A stretch of DNA of 45,389 bases from Elusimicrobiota bacterium (GTDB taxonomy: Bacteria; CG03; SLGR01; JBDRKX01). The DNA lies in contig JBDRKX010000114.1 of assembly GCA_043813605.1 (NCBI GenBank), forward strand, positions 1-45,389. Reading direction: 5' to 3'. This document shows, in pieces, positions 8,038 to 16,152 of this stretch. Positions within the stretch are counted from its first letter, which is position 1, and each line of letters begins with the position of its first letter. A program made the position numbers and the translations under genes. The notes under the pieces were generated by a model. The model had not been told where the DNA came from, searched no databases, and was given only the letters and a program-made list of their open reading frames with translations.

Positions 8038-9201
8038 TTATATAATATTGCCGGCCCACAGTTCCTTTAGAAAATCCCACCAGGGAAAAATCTCTATTTT
8101 TTCGCTTATCCTTTTTTCCTTTTCATTACAAACGACAATGTTTCTCTTCGTATTACAGGTTTCCATAAAAGCAGCAAGACCGTTAAGGTCCCTTCTGTCT
8201 ATGCGGCTTGCGCCTTTTATTTCCACGGCCGCTTTGCCTTCATCCAGAATAAAATCCACTTCAAGCCCCGTGTTTGTTCTCCAGAAATTTATCCTGAAAT
8301 CCCTGTCATTATACGACCTGTAAGCTATTATCTCCATAAGTATAAAATGTTCAAAGGCCTTTCCGAATTCCGAACCTTTTGCTTCACTCAGATTACGTTT
8401 TGTCAGGCAGCCGGCAACTCCTACATCAAAAAGATAATACTTCGGGGCCTTGGTTATTACCTGCCGGGACTGTTTTTTATTGAAAGGCTCTATCCTCGCG
8501 GCAGTCAGAGTGTCCACAAGAATCTGGTAGTATTCTTTAACAGTTTTGGAATCAACGGCGCAGTCACGCGCTATATTAGCGTAATTAGTTAATTCACCGT
8601 GCGAATATCCAAACGCGTCAAAAAACCTCGAAAACGCCGGAAAATTCCGTGTCAGGCCTTCCGCAAAAATTTCTTCTTTGAGATAATCCTGGATATATGC
8701 TTTAAGAGACCTTCTACAGCCGGCATCATCCTGCAAATAATGAATAGGTATCAATCCGTGGTTTAAAGCGCGCAGCAGATCTACTGTTTTCAGTTCCGGA
8801 GTAACAAACGGGAACATCTCATATCTCCAGGCCCTGCCGCCGAGCAGGTTCGCATGACTCCGTTTTAATTTTCTCGCGCTTGAACCGCACAGGATAAAAC
8901 TCAGGCCTTTATTTTCTATCAGCCAGTGAACTTCATCAAGAACCTGCGGAACTTTCTGTATCTCATCAAGTATCACAGGATATTCCAGAACTTTTTTATT
9001 TTCCGCAAGCAGCCGCTCCCGCAGCAGTGACGGGTTTTTAGATATCTCAAGAAATAAGTCTGATTTTAGAAAATCGAATACGAGGCTGCCGGGGAATTTT
9101 CTCTTTAAATATGTGGTCTTCCCGGTCTTCCTTGCGCCCCACAAAAAAGCGGACTGACCTGCGGGAAGCTTAATATCGAGTATTCTATCCATACTTTTCA
9201 T
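8038..9201 (-). CDS. COG1373 AAA+ ATPase, copy 5
   Basis: GARKTGKT, ILDEIQK, GSSARKLKR, KYYLFDVGV, EVDFIL..VEIK. Confidence 0.93.
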   Translation of the reverse strand: MKSMDRILDIKLPAGQSAFLWGARKTGKTTYLKRKFPGSLVFDFLKSDLFLEISKNPSLLRERLLAENKKVLEYPVILDEIQKVPQVLDEVHWLIENKGLSFILCGSSARKLKRSHANLLGGRAWRYEMFPFVTPELKTVDLLRALNHGLIPIHYLQDDAGCRRSLKAYIQDYLKEEIFAEGLTRNFPAFSRFFDAFGYSHGELTNYANIARDCAVDSKTVKEYYQILVDTLTAARIEPFNKKQSRQVITKAPKYYLFDVGVAGCLTKRNLSEAKGSEFGKAFEHFILMEIIAYRSYNDRDFRINFWRTNTGLEVDFILDEGKAAVEIKGASRIDRRDLNGLAAFMETCNTKRNIVVCNEKEKRISEKIEIFPWWDFLKELWAGNII

Positions 9202-9229
9202 TCGGGATTAGCTCCTTTTTATTATTACT

Positions 9230-9265
9230 ATTATGGAGTATACTCCATAATTATTAATATGTCAA
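9230..9265 (-). promoter_or_regulatory. Near-consensus promoter of ATPase 5 with a perfect 22-bp palindrome over the -10 box
   Basis: TTGACA(9265-9260)-17-TATACT(9242-9237); attatggagta/tactccataat at 9230-9251. Confidence 0.75.
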
Positions 9266-9330
9266 CCCGAAAAAAACACACATATTATCATCCGTAAGGG
9301 ATATTATCATAGACTGTTTATTCAATATCT

Positions 9331-9508
9331 CTATCCCTTAATGATATTAAATACTCCCGAACGGTTTAATATAATGAATGTCCCCACACTCAACAGGGGA
9401 ATAATGAAAGCCCACGAGATACCGACAAGCGACTGCTTGTACTTTGCAGAAAAATCCCTTTTTTAAGAAATTATCCGGTTCGTATGTTACTATCTTATTA
9501 TTTTCCAT
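9331..9508 (-). pseudogene. Truncated, internally deleted Wzm-type ABC-2 polysaccharide permease
   Basis: MENNKIVTYEPDNFLKKG, then after a frame change RDFSAKYKQSLVGISWAFIIPLLSVGTFIILNRSGVFNI. This matches the Wzm RD...Y.QS.LG..WA...PL motif. GGAGG RBS at the end of the upstream gene. Confidence 0.7.
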
Positions 9509-9514
9509 ATTGAA

Positions 9515-10423
9515 TTAAATCCCTCCCTTTATTCTGTTATATAATTGAGCGTTCTCCAGGGTAACTGCCGCGTCCGCAGCGAGCACATCTACGATCTCCA
9601 TTTCCTGCTCCGTAAATTCATCTTCTCTTTCCGTTCTTTTTACGTTTATCACGCCTATAACCTTGTCCTTGAAGATAATCGGTACACTCATTCCGGAATA
9701 AATTTTTTCATATTTTTTCATTTCTATAAACCAATCCTGTTCCTGTACTTTTTTATCAACAAGTATGGGCTCTTTTCTTTCAATAGCCCTCCCGCATATC
9801 CGGTAGCCCGGCTTAGAACTTTTTCCGATGACATTATTTTTAAAGGTCCCGACTGCAGCCCTTACTATATATGCATCTTTTTCCTCATCGATCAGCAAAA
9901 TAGAACCCCCGTCAGCCTTAACAGTCTGAACTGCTATATCCAATATTGAATCCAGTATTTCATCCGGTGTTTTTGTAGAGACCATCTCTTTAGAAGCCTT
10001 ATGAAGCGCTATGATACCGTCAAGATGCTCTGATTCCAGTTTTAATGCCTTATGCAGCCTGGTCTTATTAACTGCTATCATCAGCTCCTTTTTATCGAAC
10101 GGCTTAGTAATATATTCAAGCGCTCCGTTCTGCATTGCTTCCAGTGCAGTCCCCTTGTCTTTTACTGTACTTATGATTATTACATCACTCTCTTCGTATT
10201 TCTCTTTTATGATCCTGGTCAGTTCCAAGCCGTTGATACCCGGCATCTTAATATCAACGATGACAATATAGAATCTCTCCTTATCAAGTATTTTAAGGGC
10301 ATCCTGACCATCTACTGCTTCCCTGATACCGTACCCGTTTTTTTCAAGTATTAATTTGCATAACAGCCTGTCTTCCTTCATATCATCAACAACCAGTATC
10401 TTTCTTTCTTTTTTTTCTATCAC
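9515..10423 (-). CDS. Response regulator receiver + GAF domain protein
   Basis: ILVVDD, IVDIKMP, YITKPF; GAF with SVPIIFKDKVIGVINV...FTEQE...LENAQLY; no output domain. Confidence 0.9.
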   Translation of the reverse strand: MIEKKERKILVVDDMKEDRLLCKLILEKNGYGIREAVDGQDALKILDKERFYIVIVDIKMPGINGLELTRIIKEKYEESDVIIISTVKDKGTALEAMQNGALEYITKPFDKKELMIAVNKTRLHKALKLESEHLDGIIALHKASKEMVSTKTPDEILDSILDIAVQTVKADGGSILLIDEEKDAYIVRAAVGTFKNNVIGKSSKPGYRICGRAIERKEPILVDKKVQEQDWFIEMKKYEKIYSGMSVPIIFKDKVIGVINVKRTEREDEFTEQEMEIVDVLAADAAVTLENAQLYNRIKGGI

Positions 10424-10448
10424 ATTATCATCCTTTCTTAAATACCTG

Positions 10449-11783
10449 TTAACACGACTTCGTTTCTGTCATATCTTCATGGATCTTTGGAAGAGCAAAA
10501 ACAACAGCACAAAGAAACCAGAACGGCTCCATGATCCTCACAATGATAAAAGTATTCGTTGTAAGCGCATGAAATAAAAGAGCTATGAATCCTGCCATAA
10601 ATCCGGTTATGATCCCTTTTTCCCAGTCAACATCTGTCTGTTTCAGTATCTTTCTTGATTCCGTGAATATTTTATACAGCATAAGCAAAAAGGCTGCTGC
10701 TCCAAGCACACCCAGTTCAATTAAAGTCCTGACATACTGACTGTCTATAAAACCCACTCCGGTTATTCCCCATCCGGTAACCGGTTTTTTAATCCAGCGG
10801 TTTATTAAACTGTTTTTCCATGAAATCAATCTGGCGGCGCCTGACGGTTCAATATTAAACCTGCCATAATTACCGCTAAAAGTATATCCGACTCTTTCCT
10901 TGAGAGTTTTATATATGCTCCCGGAAAACACTGTCGGGACTATCATCACTGTTAATGCGCCTATTAAAACCAAGGTTTTCCGGAATTTACCGGTCAGGAA
11001 GATAAACGATATATACATCACGGCAAATGAAATATATGACGCCCTTGATTGTGCCCTTATAAAGAGCGGTATTGAAAAAAGAAATATACTGAATGAGCAT
11101 ATTTTCAAATATAGCGCGCGATGATACACAAATATTCCCAGAGCAACAGCTACAACCAGTGTGAGATATCCTCCAAAAGAACCGGGTTCATCATCAAATG
11201 GAGCTGCCACAACAGTCCCTATTTTGGTATATCCGTATATCATTACTACTATTGCAGTAATGACTGCAAAAGTCATAAGAAGTTTAATATCATTTTTTGT
11301 TTTGATTATATTATAGACCATCCAGAAAAGTATAAAATACTCGGTGTATTTCAAAAGATAAAAAAATGCTTGGTTTAATCTTACATCTCCAAAAATTATG
11401 CCCTTTACTGTAAACAGGAAGCATGCAGCCAGATAATAATAGATATATTTATTTATCGGGGTTCTTTTGATAAGCGGCAATTTTTTATCTATTGCCGTTT
11501 TTATAAGCCACACAAAAAATATTAAGGCTAACATCAGATCGTCAAAACGCACGACTACTGATCTATGAGGTACCTGAGCTAGTGTAATTTCCGGAGAAAG
11601 CAGCATACTCATCACAAGCAATCCGATTGCTATCCGCGTATCTATTATAGTTATCAATACCACTAATATACCGGCTATCGCATAGATCGGCATACCAGTC
11701 GGCCGAATGGAGATCATTTTTGCGAATAATACGGCAACTAATACCGCAAGTATCGTGAATATTATCTCTTTTTTAGCAATCAT
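10449..11783 (-). CDS. O-antigen ligase / Wzy_C-like polytopic membrane protein
   Basis: Many TM segments, QSRASY, SGAARLISW, PVTGWG, SQYVRTLIELGVLG; EPS context. Confidence 0.8.
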   Translation of the reverse strand: MIAKKEIIFTILAVLVAVLFAKMISIRPTGMPIYAIAGILVVLITIIDTRIAIGLLVMSMLLSPEITLAQVPHRSVVVRFDDLMLALIFFVWLIKTAIDKKLPLIKRTPINKYIYYYLAACFLFTVKGIIFGDVRLNQAFFYLLKYTEYFILFWMVYNIIKTKNDIKLLMTFAVITAIVVMIYGYTKIGTVVAAPFDDEPGSFGGYLTLVVAVALGIFVYHRALYLKICSFSIFLFSIPLFIRAQSRASYISFAVMYISFIFLTGKFRKTLVLIGALTVMIVPTVFSGSIYKTLKERVGYTFSGNYGRFNIEPSGAARLISWKNSLINRWIKKPVTGWGITGVGFIDSQYVRTLIELGVLGAAAFLLMLYKIFTESRKILKQTDVDWEKGIITGFMAGFIALLFHALTTNTFIIVRIMEPFWFLCAVVFALPKIHEDMTETKSC

Positions 11784-11968
11784 ATGACATTTATTACAAT
11801 ATATTCACAGCAATACTGTAGAGACAACTATAATGAATACAGATTATCTCCATAGCAGGCTGTAGTATTGATAAAAAATTTATAATTCCTTAATGCTAAT
11901 TCAGATGTTTCTTATTTTCAAGGGAATAAAATATTCAAGAATATGGAGTGCGCGAGAATAGCCGGCTG

Positions 11969-13150
11969 CTATTCCATCATCTTCAGGGCTTCTTCTGTTC
12001 TCTTTAATATCTGTTTTGCTTCTTCGTTACCGGGATTAATAAACACTATTTTATCAAGGATTTCTTTTGTCTTTTTAAACTCGTTCGCTTTAAGATTGTC
12101 ACGGGCAAGCTTAAAATACTCTTCTTCCATCTTTTCTAAATACGCGGGATCCTGCGCCTTTACCCTGTCTATCAAGTCTCTGGCTTCATCATGCCGGCCG
12201 TTTTCAAAATATCCCATTGCCCGGTTAAACCGGGGTTCAGTTTCAGCCTCATTTATTTCTGCTTTTTCTCCGTCAGACTGTTCTATTGACGGTTCTTGAG
12301 CCATTTTTGCTATTGCCACGATCCTTTTATCAACAAAAATATTCTCCCCGTCACTCATAATAGTGTTGCCTTTACCCGGCTCAACATGAAATCCCGGAGA
12401 AATATGGTCTTTCAGGTAATCTTCCAGATCAATACCGATCAACACTGTACTTTTCAGCATATTCCCATAATCAGCCAGTAGTTTTATCTGTATCTCCTTT
12501 GATAATTCCGAGAGGAATAAAAAAGAATGGTTTCTGAAAGAAAGCCTGATTCCCAGGCTTGTCCCCTTTCCAAAATACTCACATCCGACAGTAACAAGTT
12601 TCAGCGGAGATACTGTCTGTTTCAGATCTATTTCCATATCCTCGACAAGATTCGTCTGTATACAGCCTGAAGTAAGAAAAGAATCCAGAACCTGCATAAA
12701 CTCACTGTTTACTTCATTGTCAAGTGTTCCTATGGCGGTTATTATCTCCTTGACCTCAAAATTCTCAAGTATTTTCCTGAACCCGCCGGTTCTCTGAACA
12801 GACGCGTTCGTGATCACCAGCCAGTCGATCCTCGGTTTCCATCCGAACATCTTCATTATGTCGATCTTCTTACCGCTTGTAGTTACCTGCATCTCATTTT
12901 TAAGGAATTCGACTATTTTTTCCGAGTCTTTTTCACTTCCCGTATCTATCAGCATATTACCCCCGTCGGGAAATGTTATATAGACTGAATATCCGTACAG
13001 CGGCAGGGTTTTAATAATGAGTCTGGCCGGGCCAAGGCTTTCAGGATTAACTGCTACATTGATCTCACCCAGCCGGGCATGAAGCGGCATCCCCAGCAAG
13101 AATAGTATCCCCGCTATTAACGGTATTATATTCTTTTTATTTCTATCCAC
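11969..13150 (-). CDS. Secreted ComEC-type metallo-beta-lactamase-fold protein with C-terminal TPR; metal motif degenerate
   Basis: Signal peptide, MLIDTG, IDWLVITNASVQRTGG in place of THxHxDHxGG, HSFLFLSE; TPR-like helices ending INPGNEEA. Confidence 0.7.
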   Translation of the reverse strand: MDRNKKNIIPLIAGILFLLGMPLHARLGEINVAVNPESLGPARLIIKTLPLYGYSVYITFPDGGNMLIDTGSEKDSEKIVEFLKNEMQVTTSGKKIDIMKMFGWKPRIDWLVITNASVQRTGGFRKILENFEVKEIITAIGTLDNEVNSEFMQVLDSFLTSGCIQTNLVEDMEIDLKQTVSPLKLVTVGCEYFGKGTSLGIRLSFRNHSFLFLSELSKEIQIKLLADYGNMLKSTVLIGIDLEDYLKDHISPGFHVEPGKGNTIMSDGENIFVDKRIVAIAKMAQEPSIEQSDGEKAEINEAETEPRFNRAMGYFENGRHDEARDLIDRVKAQDPAYLEKMEEEYFKLARDNLKANEFKKTKEILDKIVFINPGNEEAKQILKRTEEALKMME

Positions 13151-13871
13151 TCTTACCAGAGCCTTTTTCTATTTCATCAAGTTTTCTTCCGCTCATTTCT
13201 TCAATAAGGCCTTCCAGCTCACTCAGCCTTTTGCGCGTGATCTTAGAGAACAGCAGAATTGTCAGTGCGATTATCAGCGCAAAAAACACCCCTTCTATCA
13301 TTAGAAGGGTAGTTAGACGTGAAGCGACTTCTCCAAGACGCAACTCGGCATATCTACCCAGTTGTGACGTTTTAATTATAAACTGGAATGTACCCCAGAA
13401 AACAAGCCCCAGGGCCACTATTGTCGCAATAACCGTAGAAAGTATCTTGGCAAAACCAAGCTTCAGTATAGCACCGAGCTGTTTTTTGAAACTTGTCCTG
13501 TTTATAGCGACATTGATCCTGGCTACAAGAACATCCATATCACAGGGTTTAGTGACATAATCATCGGCTCCGACTCCAAAAGCCTTTATCTCATGCTCGG
13601 TATCGGTCATTACTCCGGTAAGCATGATTATGGGTACATATAATGTACTTTTATTCCTTTTAAGCCTTCTGCAGACTTCCCATCCATCTATCCCGGGCAG
13701 GTTCATATCAGAAAGCACAAGATCGAATTTTCCCTGTTTTGCTTTGTCAACACCTTCTTCACCGGTTAAGGCGGTAACGACTTCATAACCATTCCCTTTC
13801 AGAACAGCTTCAACCATTGCGAGCAGTGTCCTGGAATCATCTATTACAAGTATTTTCTCTTTGTATTTAAT
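13143..13871 (-). CDS. Receiver domain + two TM helices; start probably ATT at 13871 rather than ATG at 13817
   Basis: In-frame KILVIDDS lies upstream of the ATG; AGGAGG is 7 nt before the ATT; LSDMNLP, GADDYVTKP; two hydrophobic helices. Confidence 0.8.
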   Translation of the reverse strand: MKYKEKILVIDDSRTLLAMVEAVLKGNGYEVVTALTGEEGVDKAKQGKFDLVLSDMNLPGIDGWEVCRRLKRNKSTLYVPIIMLTGVMTDTEHEIKAFGVGADDYVTKPCDMDVLVARINVAINRTSFKKQLGAILKLGFAKILSTVIATIVALGLVFWGTFQFIIKTSQLGRYAELRLGEVASRLTTLLMIEGVFFALIIALTILLFSKITRKRLSELEGLIEEMSGRKLDEIEKGSGKSG

Positions 13872-13882
13872 TTTCTTTCCTC

Positions 13883-14833
13883 CTATTTTATTCTTTTTTT
13901 TATAAGTTCATTAAGCAGTTTAACCAGGCCCTGAAGTTCATCATTCCGCCGTATTCTCATTTCAAAAACCTCGCCGGCTATGATCTTTCTAAGGGATTTT
14001 TCTATCCTGTAGAGCGGGCCTGCTATCCTGTGAGACAGGTGAACCCCCAATAAACCGCCGACAACACATGATATAACCATAACAAATCCAAGCATCAGAT
14101 TCAGCCACATAAACACGTCACCAAGTCTTCCTTCCGCATATCTGCCGAGCTGCGCCGTATTGAGTACCAGATGGAATATAGCGTAGAAACCCGCTCCTAC
14201 AAAAAGCATGGGCAGAAGAATAGCCGAAATGATTATTTTAACGTATTTGAGCTGAAATTTTCCCTGTTCGGGGACTAAAGGTAAAAACCGCTTTCTCCTT
14301 TTCTCAGCGTATCCGGCAGGCGGCGCTTTTAAACCTTCTTTTTTCTCTATGTTTTTTACAACTGCATGGATATCTTCTTTTATGAATCCTTCAATTTTTT
14401 CCTTCCTGGCGCCTTTTATCAGTATTGAAGTTATATCTGCCTGGGTAAATTTGCCGGGTTTATCTTTTCTTGCTATTTTTCTCAATACCGCATAAATCTC
14501 TGATTTAGTGAATGGCTTATACAGGAAATCCAATGCCCCTATATCTATGCATTTTCTGATATCTTCTTCGACGGAATATCCGGTCATCATCACTGCCGGT
14601 ACCCCGGATTTTATTTTTTTTATTTCGTAAAGTGTCTCGACACCGTCCAGCTTATCCATTACTACATCGATAAAAACGGCAAAAAAATCATCTTTCTTTA
14701 TATGCTCAATGGCTTTCCTGCCGTCATCAGTGCCGATAATATCATATTCTTTGTCGAGAAGAGCTTTAAAGAATAGAATTATCTCTTCATCATCATCAAC
14801 TATCAGTATCTTTTTTATTTCAGAATTATCCAT
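13883..14833 (-). CDS. Receiver domain + two TM + HAMP-like domain
   Basis: ILIVDDD, FIDVVM, FLYKPF; FQLKY, TM-TM, SHRIAGPLYRIE...IRRNDELQGL. Confidence 0.85.
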   Translation of the reverse strand: MDNSEIKKILIVDDDEEIILFFKALLDKEYDIIGTDDGRKAIEHIKKDDFFAVFIDVVMDKLDGVETLYEIKKIKSGVPAVMMTGYSVEEDIRKCIDIGALDFLYKPFTKSEIYAVLRKIARKDKPGKFTQADITSILIKGARKEKIEGFIKEDIHAVVKNIEKKEGLKAPPAGYAEKRRKRFLPLVPEQGKFQLKYVKIIISAILLPMLFVGAGFYAIFHLVLNTAQLGRYAEGRLGDVFMWLNLMLGFVMVISCVVGGLLGVHLSHRIAGPLYRIEKSLRKIIAGEVFEMRIRRNDELQGLVKLLNELIKKRIK

Positions 14834-14868
14834 ATCTGATCCAACACAAATACAATCCGTTTTAAAAA

Positions 14869-14897
14869 AGAATACCTCATTTTTTTAAACTTGTCAA
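14869..14897 (-). promoter_or_regulatory. sigma70 promoter for the leftward receiver-protein operon
   Basis: TTGACA-17 bp-TATTCT. Confidence 0.65.
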
Positions 14898-15024
14898 AGC
14901 ATGCCGCCTGTATATTATTATATACCGGGTTATATCCGTTTTTTAGCTAAATGTTGATTTTTTTGGAAACTTGTGTTAATAGATTATAAATAGGCGATGA
15001 TTATTATACGGAGGATTCGTATAT

Positions 15025-16152
15025 ATGACAAGAATTTCCAGGATATGTTTATTAGGCGCGGTTTTGCTTTTTATTTCAATATTATTCTCAGCATTACGGC
15101 CTGAAACAGCTTTCAGCAGAAAAGAAAACGATAAATCCATCCAGCTTATTGACGAAAGAGAAGACCGCAAACAGACCAGTATAGACACTGTAAAAGTCGA
15201 CGATTTTTCATATATACGCATTAAGGATATCTGTCTTTTTTACAGGATCGGGTTCACTTATGATCCGGCATCAAAAGGAGTTACGCTAAAAAAAGACAAT
15301 AAGAGCGTAACCATACAACCGGATACGACCGAATTGAATATAGGGAATAAAAAGATAACTCTTTCAAGACCGCCGGTAATCGTCAATTGGAAGATGGTCG
15401 TACCGCCAAAGGCCATGGCATCTATCCTTGAAGAACTCCTCGGCTGCCCGGTCACTTGGCGTTCTTCAACAAACGTGTTTTACGTAAACGATAAGCAAGG
15501 CGTCTCTTTCTGGGAAGATCAGCCTGAGACATTTTTAAAAACAGTAGATCCTAAAAACGCCGAACTGAAAACAGGAGATATGCTGACAATAAGTGTATGG
15601 CAGCAGGGATCCTATGAACTCGATGAACTTACCAGGGATCGGCAGGTAGAAGATGACGGTACTATTAAATTCCCTTTTGTCGGGGATGTATCGGCCGTTG
15701 GCCTGACCCCTTCTCAGCTTGAAGGACGGCTCGCCGGTAAGCTTAAAGCATATATAAAAGACCCGGAAGTCACGGTCAGGGTCAAAAACAAGACAACTTA
15801 TAAAGTCCAGATATTCGGCGCTGTCAGGAATCCCGGCATATATGAATTTTCCGAGCTTGCTACATTAATGGAGGCCGTAAACAGGGCGGGAGGATTTAAT
15901 AGCAAAGCAAACCTCGCAAACGTCAGAGTAACAAGGGCTATCCACCATAGCCCTTACCAGACCGATATTGTAAACGCAAAACTTATCCTGTATGAGGGGC
16001 AGAGACAATACGATGTTCCTGTTTCAGATAAGGATATTATTTTTGTCCCGGAAAAAAAGGGCTTTTTTTCGAGTACTTTCAGTTCTGAAGTCGTGAAACA
16101 TGCCCTTTTCACTTCTGTCACCATACTTGTCGGAATAATGATGCGTGAATAG
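15025..16152 (+). CDS. Wza-like polysaccharide export protein (Poly_export + SLBB) with N-terminal Cu-amine-oxidase-N-like domain, paralog 1
   Basis: GDMLTISVW, DGTIKFPFVG, GLTPSQL, YIKDPEVTV, GAVRNPGIY, AGG; N-terminal signal peptide; GGAGG RBS. Confidence 0.85.
   Translation: MTRISRICLLGAVLLFISILFSALRPETAFSRKENDKSIQLIDEREDRKQTSIDTVKVDDFSYIRIKDICLFYRIGFTYDPASKGVTLKKDNKSVTIQPDTTELNIGNKKITLSRPPVIVNWKMVVPPKAMASILEELLGCPVTWRSSTNVFYVNDKQGVSFWEDQPETFLKTVDPKNAELKTGDMLTISVWQQGSYELDELTRDRQVEDDGTIKFPFVGDVSAVGLTPSQLEGRLAGKLKAYIKDPEVTVRVKNKTTYKVQIFGAVRNPGIYEFSELATLMEAVNRAGGFNSKANLANVRVTRAIHHSPYQTDIVNAKLILYEGQRQYDVPVSDKDIIFVPEKKGFFSSTFSSEVVKHALFTSVTILVGIMMRE

Noticed and set aside
46..9510. Classical integron (attC array)
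   Set aside because: No IntI in the window, and the junction motifs lack RYYYAAC/GTTRRRY core sites and the attC hairpin layout.
11811..11870. caatactgtag...ctgtagtattg imperfect inverted repeat upstream of the Wzy-like gene
   Set aside because: Short, mismatched and widely spaced in AT-rich DNA; compatible with chance.
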